A stretch of DNA of 20,443 bases, taken from positions 1 through 20,443 of the forward strand of contig JBBIJQ010000031.1 of NCBI GenBank assembly GCA_037445915.1, in the 5' to 3' direction. This document shows, piece after piece, positions 8,016 through 16,337 of this stretch. The stretch is from Planctomycetales bacterium. GTDB lineage: Bacteria; 4484-113. The notes beneath the pieces were generated by a model that was not told the origin of the DNA, did no database searches, and saw nothing but the letters and a program-made list of their open reading frames with translations. Every line of letters begins with the position of its first letter. The stretch's first letter is position 1. Made by a program: the position numbers and the translations under genes.

Positions 8016-8954
8016 ATGAGAATTGAAGACATCCTTTCCGAAATGCTTGGAGCAGAGGCTACGGCTGTGCACATCACTGCTGGAAGCCCGCCGATGTTCC
8101 GCATTCACGGGCTGCTGCGCACATTTGAAGGCGCATTCCCAATTATAGAGGCCGATCGCGTGCTTGACCTCGCAGAGGAGTTCTTCGGATTCAATGTGGG
8201 CGATGGAGAAGGGCCAGTCAGTTTCTTTTCCAACGCCTTGCACATCAAGCGCAGGTTTCGCGGGGCGTTTTTCGTCGGCGACCGGACGGCAAGCCTGATT
8301 ATTTCAGCATTGTCCGACCGCGTGGTTGAGTTCAGCAAGCTTAACGCGCCGCCGGAATTGATGCGGCTGTTTGACCTAGATGAAGGTCTCGTGATAATCG
8401 CAGGGGGAACCGGCAGCGGCAAGACGACTACACTCCTTTCCCTCACCGACGAGATTAACGTGCGGCATGCGATGAGCATCTGCATTCTTGACGGAGGCGA
8501 CATTCCGGAGCTTGTCCCCGCCAAGTCGGCGATTCATTTGATTCCATTTGACCCAATCACAGGCGCAGCCGACGCTTACCGCTACGCATTGCAGGCGGAT
8601 CCCAATGTAGTCGTTGGAAGCATTGAAGACGAATACGACCTTGAAGGTGCGCTGCTCTGCGCTAACGCTGGATGCCTGGTGTTGGCGAATTACCATGCCG
8701 ATGACGTGGCGGAGGCGCTGGAAGCGCTGTCGGAGCTTGCGGAAGGATTCCCGCGCGGGCCTATGATGCTGGCAGACCTGCTCCAAGTTTGCGTGAGCCA
8801 GGAATTGCGCTCGGAAAACGGGTCAGGTCTACGGGCGGCGTATGAGGTGCTTTGGAACGACTCGGACGTGGCAGGGATGATAATGGGCGAAGAGACGGCG
8901 GAAATTATCCCTGAGTTACTCAAGCGCAAAGGCAATTTGCCCCGGACGCTCTAA
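8016..8954 (+). CDS. PilT/PilU-like secretion ATPase, divergent
   Basis: N-terminal ATAVHITAGSPPMFRIHG, Walker A GLVIIAGGTGSGKTTTL, ALQADPNVV and CVSQEL. The Asp box, Walker B and His box are altered. Confidence 0.8.
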   Translation: MRIEDILSEMLGAEATAVHITAGSPPMFRIHGLLRTFEGAFPIIEADRVLDLAEEFFGFNVGDGEGPVSFFSNALHIKRRFRGAFFVGDRTASLIISALSDRVVEFSKLNAPPELMRLFDLDEGLVIIAGGTGSGKTTTLLSLTDEINVRHAMSICILDGGDIPELVPAKSAIHLIPFDPITGAADAYRYALQADPNVVVGSIEDEYDLEGALLCANAGCLVLANYHADDVAEALEALSELAEGFPRGPMMLADLLQVCVSQELRSENGSGLRAAYEVLWNDSDVAGMIMGEETAEIIPELLKRKGNLPRTL

Positions 8955-8973
8955 TCCAAGCGGGAGGAAGCCG

Positions 8974-9636
8974 CTACTTCTTCCGGGAGTAAGTCCCGAT
9001 GAGAGTTGCCTGGGCTAGAATGTGCCCTTCCATCGCTTGTTCAAGCTCGCGTTTTGATGCGCCAGCTTGAAGCGAAAGCACTTTGTCAAGCGCGTATAGC
9101 TTGAAGAAATACGTGTGCTTGTCGGACGGCGGGTCAGGCCCGCTATAGGCTTCCTTCCCGCCGCTGTTTTTTCCCTGCACTGCGCCTTCAGGGAGGCTGC
9201 CGGCGGGTATTTCCCTCGCGCTTACCGGTATGTTCCACACAACCCAGTGAACCCAAGTGCCTGAGGGGGCGTCCGGGTCGTCCACGATCAGTGCGAGGTT
9301 GACTGTGCCTTCAGGAAGCCCGCTGATTGCCAGCGGCGGGCTTATGTCCGCGCCATCAGCCGTGTATTCGGCCGGGATGCGCGCGCCGTTAATAAACGCG
9401 CTTGAAGCGATGGTGAATCCGCCCATTGCCCCCCCTTCGCCGGATTGCTGAGACCCTGCCTGCGAAGCTCCGCCAGCAGCCTGGCCGTCTTTCGGAAGGG
9501 CCGGCTGGGGCGGGATGTGCGTATCCCGCGCAGGCAAGCTTACGAGGATAACCACGATGATGCCGACCAGAACTACGGCGACAATCCACCATTGCACTTT
9601 TCCGCTGTTAGCGTTGTTGCTTATTGTTGGGCGCAT
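8974..9636 (-). CDS. YbhB/YbcL family (PEBP / Raf kinase inhibitor-like) protein with N-terminal membrane anchor
   Basis: DISPPL, LIVDDPDAPSGTWVHWVVWNIP and YSGPDPP..HTYFFKLYALD. An N-terminal hydrophobic stretch is followed by a Pro/Gly/Gln linker. Confidence 0.92.
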   Translation of the reverse strand: MRPTISNNANSGKVQWWIVAVVLVGIIVVILVSLPARDTHIPPQPALPKDGQAAGGASQAGSQQSGEGGAMGGFTIASSAFINGARIPAEYTADGADISPPLAISGLPEGTVNLALIVDDPDAPSGTWVHWVVWNIPVSAREIPAGSLPEGAVQGKNSGGKEAYSGPDPPSDKHTYFFKLYALDKVLSLQAGASKRELEQAMEGHILAQATLIGTYSRKK

Positions 9637-9718
9637 TTACGCAACCGCCTTGGTCAATAAATCATCTCGCACCCTAAATAATACCGTATTTCATCTCCGG
9701 CGAGTGTCAATCTGCGGA

Positions 9719-10246
9719 TTACTGGACCATCGCCTTAATCATCCATTCGCCACCGTATTCCTACAGGTTCTTGCTTGTTACCGACCCAACGTAGCTGTGG
9801 GCGTTCCCGGACGAGGTATCGTAGGATACGTAGACGCCTTTTGTGGGCTGGGCATTGAAGTCAACGGCGACAAGGAATTTACCCCTTATCTTGACGGGCT
9901 TCTCAAAAGTAATCGTATACCACTTTTTGTTGCCCCACTCTATGGTCCCGTATGGCACCTTCACATCCTTTGCGCCGCTTCCGTCGGCTTTGGAGATGGT
10001 TACCGTGAAGTCCTCCGCAGGCGCCTGGGGATAGCCGTAACGGCTTCCGTAGAGCATTATCCCATTCACGCGGGAGCAGCCGCCCGGCATGTCAAACTCA
10101 ACAATCTTCGCCGCGCCCCCGATGCTCCTTTGCCCATCAGGTGTGTCGTCTACAAAGCCAATCGTCCTTGGAATCCCACCCTGACTCAGGCACGATGAAA
10201 CAATACATGCAGCCAGCGCTGCAATTAAATAAGCGACTTTACGCAT
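9719..10246 (-). CDS. Putative lipoprotein with a probable beta-rich domain; in-frame TAG at 9761-9763 (175 aa if read through)
   Basis: Signal peptide with lipobox-like VSSC. After the TAG the frame continues EYGGEWMIKAMVQ-TAA, matching DFDKGDWMIHAQVK at the end of the paralogous upstream domain. Confidence 0.7.
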
Positions 10247-10295
10247 TTCAAACCCCCGATATCTTTAATCGCGGCCAAAACAGCCGCATAGCGAC

Positions 10296-11675
10296 TCATT
10301 TCACTTGAGCATGAATCATCCAGTCGCCCTTGTCAAAGTCTCCCAAGTGGTCGCCCGGCAATGCGAGGAAGCTGTGTCCCTTCGTGCTGTCGTCAAATGC
10401 GACATACACTCCGTCGGTGGCTGTCGGGCTGAAGTCAAAGGCGACGAAAAACACCTCCGGGACCTTCACGCCGGGAATGGGGAATTCAACCCAGTACGGG
10501 TTTTCACTTCTCTGTTCATATTTCGCGAAGGGGAATTCAACCTGTTTGATTTCCTTGAAGCCACCGTCAAGTATCGTGATGCGGAAAACTGAGCTGCTTT
10601 CAGGAGAGCCGTATCGCGCGCCTTTCATCTTCACGGCAGTAAGCTTGCCCCCGCCCGCCTTTCGGAAAATGACCGCATGGCCGCTTCCAGCCACTGAACG
10701 AATTCCCTCGTTTGATCCGTCGCCGTATTGCAGCCAGCCTCCTTCCCCGGTTTTCAATCGCGCAAAGAAGCCTGGCGCGGGAGTCTTGCTTTTTTCAAGC
10801 ACCGCCGAGTCCCAAGCCATTTCGCTTGCCAACATCTACTCCGGTAACAAGCCCTCCGCCGATGCGCCCGTAATCTGTGAAAGTGCATCACAGAACCGGG
10901 GCATAACCTGCGCGCCCGAAGGCTTGTTTTCCAATGCTTTCATCATCGCCTGGCCTACCGCCTTGTTCCCGTATTCCTTTCCTAGTTTGTAGAATGCGCA
11001 GGCGGCAGCATCGGTCTCATCTTTGTCCTTGTCTTTTACCTTGCACTGTTCCTCAAGCCTCACGGTTCCGGTCACGGAATAATCAAAGGGGATGGGATAC
11101 GCGCTTTCACCAAGCGTCGCCCAGACGTAATCGCAGATGACGCTTCCGCAATAATGCGCCCACCCTTCACCCACGCCTTCGGGCAATCCGGCAAGCGAAC
11201 TGAGGCCGCTATACATGAAGATGTGTCCCGGCTCGTGGCACATTCCGTATACGTTCTTATAGCGGCTGGTTGGCAGCAAGTCATCTTCGCGCTGCAACTG
11301 CAAAAACACGGCCGACTTGCCGTCCGTCCACAGCTTTGTAGGCTCGCCGGTCACGCTGATGCTCACAGATAGAGTGCCAGGAAGAGTGTAGCCAAAGATG
11401 TCTATATAGCCCTGAAACACCGCGTCGCAGATGTTTGCATACGCTGGAGCCCATTTAGAATCAATGCCCTCGTATCTAACTTTGCTGTGCAGGCCTGACA
11501 CCTCCCCCTTCGCAGGTATTGGAGCGGGAATCGCCGCAGCCGAAACTTCAGCGGCAGGCAAAGTGCGCCCGGTGCGGAATTGGGTAAAGAACAACGCTGA
11601 GGCAATTCCAAGCAGAAAGAAGATTGCAGCAAATGCAGCGTTTATTCTGAAGCGTTTCCCTGCGGTTTCCGGCAT
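10296..11675 (-). CDS. Membrane-anchored or secreted gluzincin-like metallopeptidase plus C-terminal domain; in-frame TAG at 10836-10838 (459 aa if read through)
   Basis: N-terminal TM segment and CHEPGH...EGWAHY (HExxH plus downstream Glu). ORFs 10836-11675 and 10296-10835 are contiguous in one frame (GAG TAG ATG). SD GAGGAGG lies upstream of 11675. Confidence 0.7.
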
Positions 11676-11743
11676 GTGCGCCTCCTCTCGTCAATAATAA
11701 TTATACTCCATAGAAGGCTTTTAGCAACTGACGGAGTTTGCCC

Positions 11744-11772
11744 TTGAACCGATGCCTGAAGGGGAATACAAT
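11744..11772 (+). promoter_or_regulatory. Sigma70-type promoter of yggS; probable leaderless mRNA
   Basis: TTGAAC, 17 bp, TACAAT, 7 bp, ATG 11780. Confidence 0.6.
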
Positions 11773-11779
11773 TCAAGAC

Positions 11780-12499
11780 ATGGCTGAAATTACCCAAGCG
11801 GAAATTCAGAGGATGGCCGAAGCCGTCCGACGCAATGCAGTGCCGGTGATGGAGGCGGTGGCGAAGGCGCCGCGAGAAGTGCGCGTTGTAGGCATCACGA
11901 AATACGTGGACGCGGCATGGTGCTGCGCGGCGGTGGACGCAGGGCTAACCGAGCTTGGAGAGAACCGAATCATTGAAGGCGCGGAGAAATACGAAGCAGC
12001 GCGCGCGTCAGGCAGAGTGTTTACGGCGCATTTAGTCGGCCCCATCCAGAGCAACAAGGCGCGCAAAGTTCCGGGCGCATTCGGCTTCGTCCAATCGCTA
12101 GATAGCGAGAAGGCCGCGCAACTGCTAGATAAGCGGTGCGACGAGATGGGTATCAGCCTAGAAGCGCTGGTAGAAGTGAACATAGACGAGGAACCGCAAA
12201 AATCAGGAGTGCTGCCAGGCGAAGCGGCTGAGCTTACGGGGCGCGTGGCGGAGCAATGCCCAAGGCTTGTCCTTCGCGGAATCATGGTTATCCCTTCCGC
12301 GCCAGGCAGCGCTAACGCTGCGCAGGTTGAACGCGCCACGCGGGATAGTTTCAGGCGCGCCCGCGAGCTGTATGAGGGGCTGCGCGCGCAACACCGGCAG
12401 ATGGACACGCTTTCAATGGGCATGAGCGCGGATTACGAATGGGCGATGGAAGAAGGCGCGACGATGATACGCGTAGGAAGGATGCTCTGGCAGCCCTAA
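11780..12499 (+). CDS. yggS: YggS family pyridoxal phosphate homeostasis protein
   Basis: VVGITKY, LGENR, HLVGPIQSNKA, EVNI..E.QKSG and LSMGMSADYEWAMEEGATMIRVG. Start placed at ATG 11780. Confidence 0.95.
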   Translation: MAEITQAEIQRMAEAVRRNAVPVMEAVAKAPREVRVVGITKYVDAAWCCAAVDAGLTELGENRIIEGAEKYEAARASGRVFTAHLVGPIQSNKARKVPGAFGFVQSLDSEKAAQLLDKRCDEMGISLEALVEVNIDEEPQKSGVLPGEAAELTGRVAEQCPRLVLRGIMVIPSAPGSANAAQVERATRDSFRRARELYEGLRAQHRQMDTLSMGMSADYEWAMEEGATMIRVGRMLWQP

Positions 12500-13641
12500 G
12501 ACGGTTCTTTGACCATGACCGGAGTAATGTTCCCGCCGCCGACCGCGAAGATGCGCGGCTTAAGCGGCAGCAACCCCCTAATTTCGCGCTTGCTTGCGGA
12601 AGTCAGAAGCGTCTGTGGAAAGCTAGCAGCAATGGCAAGCAGGTTGGACTTGCGAGCATCATCCAGCTCTGAGAGGACATCGTCTAGCAGCAGCAGTGGC
12701 TTTTCGCCAGTGTTCTTTTCATAAATGAGCGCAAGCGTGAGCATCAGGGCAATCGTCGCGGCTCGGACCTGGCCCTGGGACGCGTATTCGCTTATGGGAA
12801 TGTCGCCAAGGTAGAAGCGAACATCATCGCGCTGCGGACCTGCAAGGGTGTACCCGCGCTCCTTTTCCTTATGCGCTAGCTCGGCCAGCCTTCGCGTGTA
12901 TGAATCGCGAACTTCGGCTGCGTGGACTTCCCCTTCAAGCTTGCCGATGCTGGAGGCGTAATGCACCCTCAGGCGAAACTTTTCGGCGGTCAGTTGGTGG
13001 TAGAACTCGTCAAGGCTGTTCAGCACTTCGCGCAAGAACTTCAGGCGTTCAAAGATGATGCGGCTTCCAGTCAGTACCATGGAGTCGGTATAGAACTTCA
13101 ACAGCGCACGAGTTTCCGCATTAGCGCGCCCTTCCTGCATCGCCTTTAGCGTGCGGTTGCGCGATAGCCATGCCGTCTTGTAGTTGGAAAGGTCGTTGCG
13201 GAATTGCTCGCTAAACTTCGCGATTTCGCCGTCCCACAGGCTGCGCCTGCGCTCCGGCTCGCCCCACAGCAACTCCATTGATGCGGGCGAGAACAGGTAA
13301 ACGGATATGCGCCCCCAGTAATCGGCAATGCGCAGCACCGGCGCGTCGTTCACGCGCACGTATTTTTTGCCGCCCGTAAAGTGCACTTCAACCTGGTGCT
13401 GCGCGCCCGCGTCGGAGATGAACAGGCCTTCGGCGTGCAGCGACTTCGCCCCGCGCGATATCAGCGCAGAATCGCGGTCGGCGCGGAAGCCGGAAAGGTG
13501 CGCCAAGAAATACAGCCCCTCCAGCAAGTTCGTCTTGCCGCACCCGTTGTCGCCTAGCAGGATGTTCACACCCGGGCGCAAATCCAAGGCTGCCTCGCGC
13601 CAGTTCCTGAAGTTGGAGAGCTTGAGGCGCTGGCAGATCAT
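12496..13641 (-). CDS. recF: DNA replication and repair protein RecF
   Basis: LSNFRNW, GDNGCGKTNLLE, GPQRDD, YASQGQ and LLLLDDVLSELD. Start at ATG 13641 via ATGA overlap. Confidence 0.95.
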   Translation of the reverse strand: MICQRLKLSNFRNWREAALDLRPGVNILLGDNGCGKTNLLEGLYFLAHLSGFRADRDSALISRGAKSLHAEGLFISDAGAQHQVEVHFTGGKKYVRVNDAPVLRIADYWGRISVYLFSPASMELLWGEPERRRSLWDGEIAKFSEQFRNDLSNYKTAWLSRNRTLKAMQEGRANAETRALLKFYTDSMVLTGSRIIFERLKFLREVLNSLDEFYHQLTAEKFRLRVHYASSIGKLEGEVHAAEVRDSYTRRLAELAHKEKERGYTLAGPQRDDVRFYLGDIPISEYASQGQVRAATIALMLTLALIYEKNTGEKPLLLLDDVLSELDDARKSNLLAIAASFPQTLLTSASKREIRGLLPLKPRIFAVGGGNITPVMVKEPS

Positions 13642-14348
13642 TTCACGCCAACTTTCGCCACGATTTCCGGCCAAATTCCCGCCAGTTCTTCCACGCGCTC
13701 AATCGTAAAGTCCACAATCTCCCTTGCCTGCTTAACCAGCTCGCGCGCTTCGTCCATGAATACGCTAACCGCAGGCGTAATGCTGCCGCGCTCCGGCGTG
13801 AAGCCTTCATCAACCCACACGTTCAGGATGCCAAGCTGGTGCGCCGGAGGAAAATTGAGTAGGCGGTCGTCAACGAAAACAGCTGCTTCACCAGGGTAGT
13901 CGGCGAGGACTTTCTCGTATGCGTGCAGGTGCGGCTTGCCAAGATAACCTACTGCCTTGAGGTCGTAAATCCTGTCCAGGCAGCCGAGCACACCAAGCGC
14001 ATCCGCAACGCGCGAAGCATGGTCTTCGTTGGCCGAAGTGAGCACGACGCGCGGTATATCCAAGCCGCTCAAAAACTGTTGTAGCTGCGGGTTTGGCTTG
14101 ATGTAAGGCCTGACATCGTAATCGTGGACGAAGGACATAAACTCGTCGGCATTTACATTATGCTCCGCCATCAGCCCTGCAAGCGTTGTCCCGTGCCTGC
14201 GCAAATATTCAAGCCGCATACGTTCCGCTTCACCGCGCGTAAACCCCATCCGGTCGGTGATGTAACGCGTTATGCCTGCGTCGTTTTGCGACATCAAATT
14301 CGTTGACGCCGGATAGAGCGTGTTGTCGCAGTCAAGAATGAGTATCAT
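13638..14348 (-). CDS. HAD superfamily hydrolase, pyrimidine 5'-nucleotidase-like
   Basis: ILDCDNTLY, HGTTLAGL, GKP and VFVDDRLLN. Start at ATG 14348 via ATGA overlap. Confidence 0.88.
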   Translation of the reverse strand: MILILDCDNTLYPASTNLMSQNDAGITRYITDRMGFTRGEAERMRLEYLRRHGTTLAGLMAEHNVNADEFMSFVHDYDVRPYIKPNPQLQQFLSGLDIPRVVLTSANEDHASRVADALGVLGCLDRIYDLKAVGYLGKPHLHAYEKVLADYPGEAAVFVDDRLLNFPPAHQLGILNVWVDEGFTPERGSITPAVSVFMDEARELVKQAREIVDFTIERVEELAGIWPEIVAKVGVK

Positions 14349-15682
14349 TTCGCAGCCTCCGCCGAAGCGCTTGCGCCCGGATGCAAATCGTAGGGATAAC
14401 ACGCGAGGGTGCCGCCGGGGTCTTCGCGCACTAGGATGCCGTAGGGGGTAACGGCTTGCGGAAGCAGGTAACCGCTGCCGGGGAACTGCGCGATGGTGGA
14501 GCCGTCAGATGTATCCAGCATAAACAAGCAGTAGCCGTGCGCCCCTTCGCCTTTGAACCATGAAGGCTCATTGCGCGAGGCTATTGGCGTGGATGGCTGC
14601 TCAGGCGAAAGCTGCTGTTGCTGGCCGTTTTCGGGCGGGAAGTCTGCCACCGCCAGCACGCAGTTATCAAACACCATGAAGACATAGCAAGACGCTTCAA
14701 GGTCGCGGGTCCATGCATACTTGCCCGATGCGGCATCAAAGCAACGCAGCTTGCCGCCCGCTTCGCCAAGGAATATCCTACTGCCAAAGCCTGCAGGCAG
14801 CATATTCGGCTCCCGTTCAAGCGGCTTGCGCCATTTGACGGTCAGGGCATGAGGCTCCAGGGCAATGACTCCCGGTTCAGGCGTGGAAAACAGCAGCAGC
14901 TCGCCATTCAAGACTAAAGGCGCAAATACTTGCTCCTCAAACATCCTTGCGCCAAGCGGCTTTAATTCCGCCATATCCAGCGAGAACGCCGCCCGTTCGC
15001 GCCCGATGAGCACAAGCCTGTCATCAGCCGCGACTGCGTCAAGCACGGTTGTTACCTGGCGGGTAGCGGCTGCGCGTTCGCCGGTTTCTTCGGAAAACGA
15101 AGTTATCTCGCCGGACGCGCCTAAAGCTAAGAGGTATCCTCCTGCAGCTACAAGGCGCGCAACCTCGTAATCCAGCAGCTCGGCCCTAAGCAACTCGCCT
15201 GTGTCAGCGTTGAAAAAACGGACTTCCCCGCTCGCCATCGCCTGGCGGACGAATACGGCGAGGCTGCGTCTGGTAACCGCTAATCCCATCGCGTAATGCG
15301 TATTTTCCTCCAAGCTTACAGGCGGGGAGACTTCCCAAAGTGTCTTCCCCGTCGCTGCATCCAGCGCGCCTACATACCCCTTGCTGCCAGCGAAAAACAC
15401 TCGGTTGGCAGCGGTTGCATAACGGGTAGCGCCCATCGTTGAGATGTCGCGCACCCAGAGGGCTTTACTGAGGTTGAGGCCGGTTATGCGGGCAGGGATA
15501 TACCAGTTCCCGCTTCCGTCCATCGAATCTTGCGGGACGGTCGCCACACCAAAATCCTGTGTCCATTCATGAAACGGCTTTGCCGCCGCGCTGCCACTCC
15601 CACCGGCTTTTTCGCGGCAGCCAGATGCTGAGATAGCCGCAAAAACGGTAAGCAATACTAGTAGCAGCCGAAGGTTATTCAT
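14345..15682 (-). CDS. PQQ-like beta-propeller repeat lipoprotein (BamB-like fold)
   Basis: Lipobox ASGC and repeats ALDAATGKTLW, FNADTGELL and CFDAASGKYAW. ATG 15682 overlaps the Nudix stop. Confidence 0.8.
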   Translation of the reverse strand: MNNLRLLLVLLTVFAAISASGCREKAGGSGSAAAKPFHEWTQDFGVATVPQDSMDGSGNWYIPARITGLNLSKALWVRDISTMGATRYATAANRVFFAGSKGYVGALDAATGKTLWEVSPPVSLEENTHYAMGLAVTRRSLAVFVRQAMASGEVRFFNADTGELLRAELLDYEVARLVAAGGYLLALGASGEITSFSEETGERAAATRQVTTVLDAVAADDRLVLIGRERAAFSLDMAELKPLGARMFEEQVFAPLVLNGELLLFSTPEPGVIALEPHALTVKWRKPLEREPNMLPAGFGSRIFLGEAGGKLRCFDAASGKYAWTRDLEASCYVFMVFDNCVLAVADFPPENGQQQQLSPEQPSTPIASRNEPSWFKGEGAHGYCLFMLDTSDGSTIAQFPGSGYLLPQAVTPYGILVREDPGGTLACYPYDLHPGASASAEAAK

Positions 15683-16256
15683 TTTCAACTATGATGAACT
15701 TTGCGGCTAACACAAGCGCGGATGGCAGCTTTGCGTCCACCAGCACCTCGCCCTCAAGGCTAATCTCTATGAGGCGGTTTAGCAGCTTCCGCCTTGGCAA
15801 AACGGTAACCTCAATCGCCTCATTGCCGACGCCTCCGCCGCGCCCTGTCATCGTAGCATTGGTAGCGAGGAAGAGGTTGAAGACTTCATTGGAAAGCCCC
15901 GGCGAAATAGGGCCGGAGAAGATGAGGTCAAATTCCTCCGCCTCAAAGCCGGTCTCCTCCATCAGCTCCCGACGCGCCGCGTCCGCCGGCTCTTCGTCGG
16001 GATTGTCGCAAAGACCAGCCGGCAGCTCAATGACCTTCTTTCCAACCGGTGGGCGAAACTGCTTTACGAGGACAACTTCATCCTTTGGAGTAAGCGCGAG
16101 GATGTGTATCGTGTTAAAGTGCCGCCTGCGGACAGCATAATAAGGCCTGTCGCCGGATTTGCCCTGGACTGTGTACTCCACGACATCAAAGTACTTGCAG
16201 CCCCAAAGGGTTTCTTTCGTCTTGATTGTCCTTTTTGGTATTGCGGGCTTAGGCAT
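15675..16256 (-). CDS. NUDIX hydrolase, ADP-ribose pyrophosphatase-like
   Basis: LVKQFRPPV, ELPAG...AARRELMEETG Nudix box and SPG. SD GGAGGAG precedes ATG 16256. Confidence 0.9.
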   Translation of the reverse strand: MPKPAIPKRTIKTKETLWGCKYFDVVEYTVQGKSGDRPYYAVRRRHFNTIHILALTPKDEVVLVKQFRPPVGKKVIELPAGLCDNPDEEPADAARRELMEETGFEAEEFDLIFSGPISPGLSNEVFNLFLATNATMTGRGGGVGNEAIEVTVLPRRKLLNRLIEISLEGEVLVDAKLPSALVLAAKFIIVENE

Positions 16257-16337
16257 AAGTTCGCTCCTCCGGTCTGCACGCCTCGCACAGCGCGCATTCG
16301 CAAAGGCAAGCACGATTCGGTTAGAATCATAACCCTA

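Noticed and set aside
7164-8243. 359 aa minus-strand ORF
   Set aside because: It is antisense to the MTase and PilT-like genes and has no motifs.
16104-16337. Long N-terminal extensions in the ORF track (lpxK; likewise the Nudix, HAD, recF and yggS genes)
   Set aside because: Downstream ATGs fit the family N-termini, SD or promoter positions and stop/start overlaps better.
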